Shown here one piece after another: positions 22,278 through 32,414 of a stretch of 64,000 bases of DNA. Within the stretch, counting starts at the first letter, position 1. Every line of letters begins with the position of its first letter. The stretch comes from Selaginella moellendorffii (Eukaryota > Plantae > Lycopodiophyta). The translations under genes and the position numbers were made by a program. Location of the stretch: NCBI RefSeq assembly GCF_000143415.4, contig NW_003314304.1:926047-990046 (forward strand), given 5' to 3'. The notes beneath the pieces are model-generated. The model did no database searches. It was not told where the DNA came from and was given only the letters and a program-made list of their open reading frames with translations.

Positions 22278-24176
22278 TTACCTTGGTTGATTGTGAATCC
22301 GTGATGCCGTCGGAACAGCTGATGAGCATTGTGATGGCCGCGCAGCTAAAACCCAAAGCTCGGCTACTTCTAATGCCAGATCAATCCCTTCCATGGGTTG
22401 GGTGGTCGAGCTCTCCCCAGTCAAGCCATGGTCACTTGGTCTTGAGCTCATCATAGTGGTCACCATGTCCACGATCTTTGCAATGTCCAGCGCTTTCTCC
22501 TGCTCCTCGCTCAACAGCTTCTGGTCGTGGAGGCTGCACAGAATCGACATTGCATGCTTGCTCCTCTCGCCATCGTGATTATCCAAACCAAAGGAGAGCG
22601 CGCTCATGAGAACTGCTATAACATCGTCACTGCTACTGCCGCTTCCATCGAGCAGCGTTTCCAGGTACTGGCGATTCTTCCGGCAGAGAAGATCCAGCAC
22701 CCCTGCCGATTTGCTTCCTAGTGGATCAGCTTGGCAGGCACGGACGAGCTGGAACAATCCATGAATGACGCTCTTGTAGCCAGGGAGAAGATCACCATGG
22801 CTGGGATCATAGGCTAGCAATGCCGCGAGAGCGTCTAGAGCTAGCTCCTGGAGGTCCTGGGAGGAACAAAAGAGAGCATTTGCCAGGTACCTTGTCAAGT
22901 CGTGATTCTTTCTTAGTAGCGTCCTCAAATTCTTTGCGATCTTCTGCCTGGAGCTCTGGATCTCTGGCTCGACATCGACCCTGGCTGTATCATCTCTATC
23001 GCCATTGAAGGTATAGCGGAGGGAATCCTTCCACTTCTTGTGCGTATCCCCTCGAGCAAAATCAAAGTCCGCGATCACACTCGGCACGGGATTGGCAATC
23101 TCTCTAAATGCCGCAAGCTTTCCTAGCAACACCAGCACTGACTTGTTGGTATCCGGCTCTAGCGCTTTCACCAGAAGCGAGATGCCTGTGTCGCTGGCCT
23201 GGACAACTTGTGCCACAGCGAAGAACGCGTTCTCGTCCTTGCAGATCTCGGCCACTAGGGAAATCGCCGCTCGCCTATACGTGAGATAGTACTTGTGGCC
23301 CATGCACTCGAACAGCCGCTCCACAACTTCACGCTTAGATGCCAAGAGGAGCTTCCCACTTTGCTTTCTCTGATCTTCTTCTTCCCAGTGGCACACCGCA
23401 TCCAGCATCAGCAAGCTCTTCCTCAGCTCCCGGTTGCCTCTCGATTGCAAGAACTCGTTCGCGACGTAGTCGACCAAGTTCATCCTTAGCCCCTTGATGG
23501 CTCCATCTTTCAGCGTCGTCTCGTACACGGCAACGAAGAATTTGAACTTTGTTTCCAGAAGAAATCTCGGTCGGTTCCTGTTCTTCTTTCGCAGCTTGTA
23601 CCTCACTGATACGATCTGCCAGCAGCCGCGGTTGCACAGGAACAAGCTCGATTCCGCGATGACGATCGTGAAGAAGTAGATCATTGCCACGAACTCGTTC
23701 GACTTTGGATACTTGTAGTGCGGTGGTCGTAGCCAGTGGATCGAGGCTCCCAGGTTGAGGAGAGCCAAAAAGATCTCAGCGTTGTTCAGGGCTGTGTTGT
23801 AGATGATGCCGAACGAGCGCTCGGAACCAGCACTGTACCCGAATGCGAGAAGGCTGAGCACCAGCAGGAGGAGCACGAAGATGGTGAGGCCGACGTCCAA
23901 GAGGATTACCAGGACGATGGTGGTGAGTACGAAGAGAACGATGAAGAGTGCCTGGATGCGGGAGACCACCTTTGGTTTCTTGAAGCCTTTGGTCAGGTTG
24001 AGGAAGCGGAAGCTCCGGATACCATAGCTGACAAGCAGGACTGTGATGAAGTAGAAGTCGTTTTTGTCCATAGCGGTCACGAATCCCCCCAGGAGAACCA
24101 CAGTCGCCCACAGGAATGTCAACTTTCCCAAGTTCGTGGTGAACTGCTCCAGAGTTGCGAGCAACACAGCACCCAT
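22278..24176 (-). CDS. Membrane/ARM-like (BLE2-like) protein, copy 3, 632 aa
   Basis: Uninterrupted ORF paralogous to copies 1 and 2. Confidence 0.85.
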   Translation of the reverse strand: MGAVLLATLEQFTTNLGKLTFLWATVVLLGGFVTAMDKNDFYFITVLLVSYGIRSFRFLNLTKGFKKPKVVSRIQALFIVLFVLTTIVLVILLDVGLTIFVLLLLVLSLLAFGYSAGSERSFGIIYNTALNNAEIFLALLNLGASIHWLRPPHYKYPKSNEFVAMIYFFTIVIAESSLFLCNRGCWQIVSVRYKLRKKNRNRPRFLLETKFKFFVAVYETTLKDGAIKGLRMNLVDYVANEFLQSRGNRELRKSLLMLDAVCHWEEEDQRKQSGKLLLASKREVVERLFECMGHKYYLTYRRAAISLVAEICKDENAFFAVAQVVQASDTGISLLVKALEPDTNKSVLVLLGKLAAFREIANPVPSVIADFDFARGDTHKKWKDSLRYTFNGDRDDTARVDVEPEIQSSRQKIAKNLRTLLRKNHDLTRYLANALFCSSQDLQELALDALAALLAYDPSHGDLLPGYKSVIHGLFQLVRACQADPLGSKSAGVLDLLCRKNRQYLETLLDGSGSSSDDVIAVLMSALSFGLDNHDGERSKHAMSILCSLHDQKLLSEEQEKALDIAKIVDMVTTMMSSRPSDHGLTGESSTTQPMEGIDLALEVAELWVLAARPSQCSSAVPTASRIHNQPR

Positions 24177-24399
24177 AGATCAATCCCGCCGTTCTAGTTT
24201 TGCTCGCGCGATTTTACTCGAGTGTGTTTTGATCGGATTCTTCAGCGCTATACAAAAGCTTGGTCGTTCTTTGCGGCGAACGTGCACTGAGCTAGAGTTT
24301 CCAAGAACCATCATCACGCTGGAAAATCTCATCAGTAGGATATGACCGGTAAAATGTCTACCTCTTGTCAGTCGTCCACTTGCCGTATACAATTCGCGT

Positions 24400-24605
24400 C
24401 GAAAGAGCTCTCCTGGCTCTCAAAACAATCACCCGCAGCAGTATTGACAACTTGATCTTGCTCCGTCTCTTCCAGTGGTGGCTTCACATAGCGGCCCAGA
24501 AACTTCTGCTTGTAGCGACAACGCATTCTAGCGTGCCTCTCCTTGTCTGCGCTTCCTTTCCAACTTGATGGTGTATCTCTCCTGCCTCTCTCCCTCTCTA
24601 AAATT
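24400..24605 (-). pseudogene. Relic of the last exon of the GT-like gene, co-duplicated with ARM copy 3
   Basis: ERQERYTIKLERKRR...; matches 14760-14970. Confidence 0.8.
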
Positions 24606-25984
24606 CACTCCATAAATCCTTGAAGAAATGTCGAGAAACAAAGGAAAACGAAATTGGAAACACACCTTATAGTGATGAATCTCTCCCAGAAGGACTGTTT
24701 GGACTGATGAAAAGCTTCCATTCGATTCTTTCGCTGTTGATATCACCATAAACGTAAGTCTAGCATAACCTTGTCACCATTATAGATACATGAGCAGCTC
24801 AGAGATCCCATCAATATCATTTTCGTCTGATTCACTTCAGCAGGAATCTTGGAATCTAAGTGTCCGCAAGAAGGGAGTGGGAGAATGCAGTTTTTTAATC
24901 TTCTAGTGGTTCTAGCATGAACATAGTGGTGCTGGATAACTTTGGCGCTCAGTTTCGTGTTTGAAGTTCGAGGTGTAAAGGGATAATTGGCTCACAATAG
25001 TTTATACCCAACTCTATTGGTGGATGAACAATCCAATTCTCTTCACAATGATAGATCACAATGATAGAAAGAGCTGACGTTGAAAGATAAAAAAAGCAAT
25101 GGCATGTAGCTCCTACAAGACTGAGCTATGCCACATTAATAATTCAACTTAGTTCCCATTGGTTTCCATAATTGGTTGTTTGAAAGCTATCATGTGTTGA
25201 AATTGAATTTACCTCCAGGCCCCCCCCCGAACCTAATGAGGTAACAAATCAAGGAAGCCGCACTAAGCTCAACAAGCAAGGAACAAAGCAAGCCACGTAA
25301 GCTACCTCAAGAGATTGTTCCATGATCCCACTTTCCTTGAATAGGCTGCAAATTATCCTTCATGAACAACACATGTCTACAATCAATCCTGAACCGAGTC
25401 CATCATGGGAGGAATAAGCATTTTGATATGCTTCGTCCGAAAACAAATTAGCTGAAGCATCTGTCAACAATCAACATAGTCGCTGATCTACTCATGAAGA
25501 TAACTCTTCCTATTCAGCAATTCATAAAACTTTGACTAAGTAACTTCATAAACACATTGCTCATTCTCTTGAGCTGGAGGAGCTCGTTTCCACTGGAATC
25601 CATGATCGATCCACCAAGAGTGGCACCGACGAGCACACCACTCAGAATCCTCACTCATCTTGACAAGCTTGGGAAAGACACAAACATAGTAAGGGACACA
25701 TTTGCAATCAAATCTTCAAGATCTGATCAGAGGAGCATAAAGATGTATAAAAGCCAGAGAGGCACCTTAAGCTTAATGCAATTCGAGTGTCCCTTGTTCT
25801 GTCACGAGGGCAATGAATTTCTAGCTCAACTCGTCTAGCACTGTGTATGTAGCAATTTTTTATGTGGAGAAGTCATGGACGATGAAGGGATCTGTCTAAC
25901 AGGGAGATGGGGCACAGCCACCAGGAATGAAAGGAGAGCTGAAAATGCCTTGCTATGAGGGGCTTGTTAGCATGCTTGGGTCCA

Positions 25985-26620
25985 ACAAAAACCTTCGAAT
26001 CCAAAGAGCCTCTTTTACTACTTCTGTTACTGCATTATATTCTGCTTTGCAAGTGGATAATGTAACCATTTGCTGCTTCTGACTGTGCCACGACATAACA
26101 GCATAACAAACCTTGAAAACGTACCCACTTGTAGATCATCTGTCATTGAGATCTCCTGTTAAGTTTGCATCAACGATTTCATATAGTTTGATTCAATGTC
26201 ACCTGACACTGTGCTCTTGTATGTGATATAGAATGCTGTACTTAGTTAAAGATTCGTTCAGTGACACTTTCCTGGATCTTGCATGAATTGACATACACGA
26301 GAGACCGCGACTGCTATGTTGGGATGGCTTGTAGAGGCCAGATACATTTAAGCTCCAACCACGTTCTGGTATGGCAGAGTTGCTATCTTCTGTTTCTCCT
26401 CCGCAAAACGTGGAGCATCTGTCTTTGAGAGTTCCAGAGCAGCAATACGTGCAATGCACTGAGTGAGAAAATGTCAGTACTCCTTCAGAAAATTGAACAT
26501 TGGAGATATACTTATATTGATGTGCCTGTAGTACTTTGTGGTCCCTATCATGCAAGATTTGAGCAAAGGCCAAATAAAATCTTATTGAGATCAATCATTC
26601 TTAATTTTCTGAGATAGTTG
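25985..26620 (-). mobile_element. Ty1/Copia RT-RNase H remnant
   Basis: PYQNVVGA*MYLASTSHPNIAVAVSRVCQFMQDPG and DANLTGDLNDR*STSGYVF...SWHSQKQ..VTLSTCKAEY...KEALWIR. Confidence 0.88.
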
Positions 26621-26851
26621 TGTCTTGATTGTGTTATGTGGCATTGTTTGTGTTGGCTTCCAAGCTCTTGCTGACCATCGCAATGCAAGATTAAGCATAA
26701 AGGCAATGTTGTCATTATTCGGCTCCTCCTGTGGGTCACTTTATAACATGGGAGCGGCAAATATTCACTAAATGATTGAAATGACATATATTTATATGTT
26801 AAAAAATCTATATAAAAAATATCTATATTTATTTTAAATGTGTGAGGTCCA

Positions 26852-26972
26852 TAATATTAGTAGTGCCATTAAATTAATTTCAATTTGGACCAGTAGCTTT
26901 TGTATATAAATTAGGGTTTTTGGGCTATTGATATAAACATTTCTATGTTTCACATTCCATATTTTATGCACT
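26852..26972. repeat. Degenerate ~120-bp repeat; direct copy at 30786-30920, partial inverted copy at ~34330-34384
   Basis: Shared TAATATTAGTA.TGC, TTCAAT.TGGACCA, TAGGGTTTTT and TTCCATATTTTATGCACT. Confidence 0.7.
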
Positions 26973-27249
26973 CACATTGGTGGAGGAGAGGGGCAACTTT
27001 GATTGTCCTTGATAAGTGCTTAAATTTAGGATTTTGGTTTTTAATTTAGATCTAGCTTTTGCATCATCTAATCTTCCTTTCTTTATAATTTTTCTAATTT
27101 CTTCTCTTTTGCTTTTTCCTTTTTGTTCATCTTCATGGCGGAGCAATAGCCTTCTCTTCCTTTGACTTTAAAGTAATAATTGTTGCAATTGTTTGATGCT
27201 ATGTGGTTACAATTGAATAATTAGACCTAGTGATGGTGGCATTTATGGT

Positions 27250-27500
27250 GTATGATATAACTCTTCTTGCTCTTGTTGCCAATCCTTGCATCCATCATCC
27301 TTTGTAAAGTGATCAAACCAATGATATATATCATCCCCAAGATTCTTATGGAAGAACTCTAGCCACTTGTTTATGTGAGTTTCCTTCATGTCTCCAAAAA
27401 ACAGCATTGCAATGGTACAATAGTTTTAGCATAGCCACTCGTGTGGATTGGAGCTTTCTTATAGACATTTTCAAATGCATATTTGGACATACCAATGATT
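27250..27500 (-). mobile_element. Possible retrotransposon gag remnant
   Basis: NPHEWL...WLEFFHKNLGDDIYHWFDH resembles a gag capsid motif; contains stops. Confidence 0.35.
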
Positions 27501-28689
27501 GTGATGATGCCTTTCAATAATTACATCATCTTTGTTAAAGGCCATCTGAGTCAGTGATGCAATTTAACATTCATTTTTTAAACTTGTTGCTTCATGTAGA
27601 GCCAAATATGTCAGAGCGGATCAAATTAAGAATGTTGTGGTTAATATTTTATCAAGGCTTTATACATACACTTGCTTCAACCACCATTGATAATGCTTTT
27701 TACCTATCACAACGTTATGAAACATTGTTTCTTCCACTTCTCACTATAAATTCTTCAACTCTATTTTCTATGGGTGATAGTCATGTTTTAATGGAAGTTA
27801 ATGCTACTGCTGCCCAAGTTCAAGGACAAGGGAGAGGACGTGGTTGTGGTTGTAATGTTCACTATTAGGTGTGTGATGAAGTTAGTCATAATTGTTGACA
27901 TTGTTAGCATTTTCCGGATTAGTAACTTTCATTTCTTAGGTGGAAACTTTGGCATTTACTATACCTTGTTGGTGCTACTGTAGTAGAAGGTCTAAACAAT
28001 GAGATACTTATAAGAAATGAAGAATCATACAAGTAGTGGAGAGTCTTTACACGAATAAGTCAATGACTCCTCCATTTTTTTTTATGAGTATTATCAAAGA
28101 GTTCACATAGCATTAGTTCATCTAGTGTTTATTTTCCATGCTCGTTTTTATAACAAGAGGTTTCCTATTATTCTTTTCATATTAGTTGATATAAGCTCCA
28201 ATTTATTTTCTATTGTTTAACTTGTTGCCATGCGTTGCCATCTATATTTGTGTTGTTTGGTAAAGTTAATTTTCATTCTTTATGGCAAAGGCTATACACA
28301 TGAATGTGCATAAAATGAGGTAAACCTAGTTGTGCATATGGGCGACCTCAAGCTTGAGTTGCAATCATTGTAAGTGGTGTCGAGTTAAGCTTTTAACCTC
28401 ATCCTTAGTATGGATTGGTTGTGGTGCAAGACTTTAAAGCTTTTCCCCCTTGTTTTATATTTCTTTATATTTCTTTTGTTCCTTTCATTTTTATTCTTCT
28501 TCATCCCTTTACTTTTACCTTTGCTTCCATCATTTTTGTCTTCTTATTACTTCCTTCTATATTTTTATCTTGTTCCTCTATTCCCTCTTCAAATCCCTCG
28601 GATAGTCTTTATGTTGTAATAGTTGATTATTTCATGAAAGAGTCTGCTAATCTCTTTGAATTTGATTAATCATTTTGGGCCAAGATTGC

Positions 28690-30720
28690 AATACGTCATC
28701 CTATTCCAACTAGGGATGCTTGTCTAATCAAGGTTCCTATTCGTTGTCGATCATAAAAAGAGTTTAAAATTTTATATGAAAACATCAAGAAGATGTTAGA
28801 AAAGGGTGATATTCAAAAGTCATAGAGTCTTTGGGGATGTCAACCTCATCTTGTGACAAAGCCTGATAGGAACATTTGTTTTTGTATTGATTATTGCTTA
28901 TTAAACAAAGTGATGATCTTAAATATATACCCTTTTCCTCACATTGTTGATCTCTTAAATCGTTTAAAGAAAAGTTGTTAGTTCACCAAATTAGATCTTG
29001 TTTTTGGGTACTGACAACTGGCAATGGCCGAGGAAGATGTTCTTAAGATTGTTTTTCATACATTGTTTGGTTTATACAAGTTCTTAGTGATGTTGTTTGG
29101 TTTGAACAATATTCTAATAATTTTCCAATGGATGATAGACGAGATTTTTTGCAATATGCCAAAAAGTGACTATTGACTTCATCAATAATGTCTTGATTCA
29201 TTTGGAGGGGATGTGGGAAAAACATATTCATGATGTTTGTAAAGTGTTAGATTAGCTATGGGAAGTTGGTTTAAAGTTGAAGCAATTGAAGTGTATGTTT
29301 GGGTCCAAGAATACAACTTATCTTAAATGATATACAACTGTTTCTAGGCAAGATATAGTATCTCAATTGTTTTATTGAACATCTTTTTTATCGCATTGCA
29401 CTCTTGCGAAAGTTGCTAAAATCATCAATGTCGTCTTTCATCTAATTTGTGGACTATGAGTGGGTATTTATGGATCTCAAAAAACCTATTGATAACTCCT
29501 TCATTTTTGGCATATCTTGACTACTATGAGGTGTGTTGATACAAAAAAGCTCAAGCGTATTTGGTCAATGTCATCCCATTATATATATTACCCATACATT
29601 ATAATTGGTGGAGGTGAATTACTCAATGACAGAGAAAGAGTGTTTAGCAATAGTTTGGGGTTTCAAGAAACTTCATATATATTTACATATTTCTTAGACG
29701 TTGCTAGAAGGTGATTATGTTGTAGTTACTTCGTTATTGAAATGAAAAAACTTGGTTGGTCATACTGCTCGGTGGGCTTTGAAACTTTAGATATATGATT
29801 TCAATATTGTCCAAAAAACAATAAACTTACTGGGGACAAAACAACAAATTTGGTTTTCGTGGCTTGTAATAGCAAGTTGTTAACCTGCAAAAATGACCGT
29901 GACTACAACAAGTTTATGAGCTACAAAATACTAGAAATAATTCCTCATTCGAAAGATAAGCTTAAATTAGGAGAAGAAGAGGAAGATGGAAACAATGTTA
30001 AAGATTGTGAGGTTGAAGATAATGATGATTTGTAGGATGTTTGATAGTTTATATATAATAAAAAGTAGTACATTACTAGATTTAAAAATAGAATATTCTT
30101 AGAATATTCACTAGAATATTTGTGAGTTCTTTTAGATAATGGTCCTGTATTTATGGCTGAGGTTTCAAAGGGATGATGCTAAAGCATATGAATTTTCAAT
30201 ATTCAGATTGGGATGATTATTTATTGTTTTTTCAGTATGCATATGTCATAAAGTTGTAAAGTTCTATTTGTGCTTTACTATATAAACTCCTTAATAATCA
30301 TGATCCGATACTACTAATAGAGTTGAGTTTACCTTCACAATTGCCACAATTTGCCGATGTTAGGTTTTGAGATTAGTATTTAATAAATATTATTCCACTT
30401 GTCCGAGTAGAGTCTGCTAAACACCTGAGCCACATACAAATGGGACAATAACAACACTACAACTCCTATCATCATCCACTTGTGGAGTACAAAGTGGATG
30501 ACTTGATATTAGTTTATTTTCCCAATCTTATAGTACGTAATTTGTCTAAGGGGCTCATTATTTAGTAGAAAGGACCATATTAAGTGTTGTGAAAAGGATT
30601 GTATTAGGTGTTGCAACAAGTTGGATTGCAAATTTATGAGGTTTGGCATAATGTCCAATATGCTAATCCTCTAGAAATTGTGCATGTACAACGGCTAAAA
30701 TGCTTTATACAAAGGGATCA
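28690..30720 (+). mobile_element. Ty3/Gypsy pol remnant (RT, RNase H, integrase, GPY/F)
   Basis: LVTKPD..ICFCIDY.LLNK...YPFP.I.DLL, FTKLDL..GY*Q, FGLYKFLVM.FGL.N, TEKECLAIVWGFKK, ARWALKL, DNGPVF, KGPY*VL, VHVQRLK; order RT-RH-INT. Confidence 0.92.
29815..30035 (+). mobile_element. hAT transposase C-terminal (dimerisation) fragment nested in the Gypsy remnant
   Basis: NKLTGDKTTNLVFVACNSKLL followed by an acidic tail resembles RNRL......LVFV..N..LL. Confidence 0.55.
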
Positions 30721-30920
30721 AGAACAATTAACACCACCTATAGATCAAATCCCGTTCACTAGTGTATGGCTACAATGCAATATACTAATATTAGTATTGC
30801 GGGATTTTGATAGACATTGAATTGGTTTCAATCTGGACCACTTACTCTTGCAAATAAGCTAGGGTTTTTAGGTTAATTGATATTCACATTTTTGTATTCC
30901 ATTTCCATATTTTATGCACT

Positions 30921-31005
30921 TATATATATATATATATATATACATATATATATACATATACATATATATATACATATATATATATACATATACATATATA
31001 TATAC

Positions 31006-31070
<65 letters not shown>

Positions 31071-31077
31071 TACATAT
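30921..31077. repeat. (AT)n/(ATAC) microsatellite
   Basis: Direct reading. Confidence 0.97.
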
Positions 31078-31170
31078 AAAACTATTTTATGTGAATCTAT
31101 TACTGTTAACATGACTTGAAGGCCAAAATAATGCTTAATTAGAACAAAAAAACAATGAACAAACAAAAAG

Positions 31171-31898
31171 AAATGATGATTCATTAGCCTTCACATTTTA
31201 GTAATATAATTTTGCAATGATCACCACTTTTTTAAATTCACACTATAGTTATATAATATAGAAATTAACACAGTTGATTATTAATTGTAGAGTATATATA
31301 ACTACCACAATATATTTAAATTTTTATAAAATAGAACACTCATAATGTATATAATTACAGATAGAAAAATATTACATAGTCATTACTAAATATCACTAAG
31401 TAAAATTTATTTTCTAGTTTTCTTTAGAACATTTTTCAATTCAATAACAACCATTTTAATTATGAATTATTTTAAAAAAATTTAAGAGCATCAGTGCGTA
31501 GCTCTATATTTGTTGTTACACTAGGATCATACACATCTCCTCAAGAATGCATGTCCATTTTGCAATTTAATTAGGACCACACAAGGGGCTAAGAAATTGT
31601 TAAAAGGGAGCCAATGTATTTGTCTAGTATGGGAGATGAAATAATACACTTTAGTTTATAACTAAAGAAGGTTCATACCTTGTGCCTTGGCTACATGTTT
31701 AAGTGAAAACATTGATTTAGCACTAGCCAACATTGGGGTGCTGGGTACTCAGGCATGTTTAACATGCTTTGGAGCATAGCAATTGGCTTCAAATTTTATG
31801 GTGGAGTCACTTTAAAAGTGAATAGCCTAAAAGCAGTATGTGCTTGTGAGATTTATTAAAAAGTTTCACTAAGTATTTATTTCATTAAAGAGATGTTG
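31171..31898. repeat. AT-rich dispersed repeat, probably a non-autonomous element; second copy at 37625-38461
   Basis: Collinear blocks ATGATGATTCAT.AGCCTTCACATTT, AGTTGATTATT, GGGAGCCAAT, TTGGCTACATGTT, GTCACTTTAAAA in both places. Confidence 0.8.
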
Positions 31899-31944
31899 AG
31901 AATTCTCCTTAAGAGCTCCTTCATGAAGGATTTATGGAGACTGA

Positions 31945-32160
31945 ATTTTAGAGAGGGAGAGAGGCAAGAGAGATACAGCATAAAGTTGGAAAGGAAGCGC
32001 AGACAAGGAGAGGCACGCTAGTATGCGTAGTCGCTACAAGCAGAAGTCTTTGGCCGCTATGTGAAGCCACCACCGGAAGAGACAGAGCAAGATCAAGTTG
32101 TGAATACTGCTGCTCGTGAACAGATTCTTGGGTGATTGTTTTGAGAGCCAGGAGAGCTCT
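31945..32160 (+). pseudogene. Relic of the last exon of the GT-like gene, co-duplicated with ARM copy 4
   Basis: KLERKRR...RSRYKQKSFGRYVKPPPEETEQDQVVNTAAR-like sequence. Confidence 0.8.
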
Positions 32161-32414
32161 TTCGACGCGAATTGTATACGGCAATTGGACGACTATCAAG
32201 TGATAAACTTTTTACCGTTCATATCCAGTGTCATTACTACTGATGAGATTTTCCAGCGTGATGATGGTTCTTGGAAACTATAGCTCAGTGCACGTTCGCC
32301 GCAAAGAACGACCAAGCTTTGGTCTAGCGCTGAAGAATCCGATCAAAACACACTCGAGTGAAGAACACAGGCAGGAAAATCGCTCGAGCAAAACTAGAAC
32401 GGCGGGATTGATCT

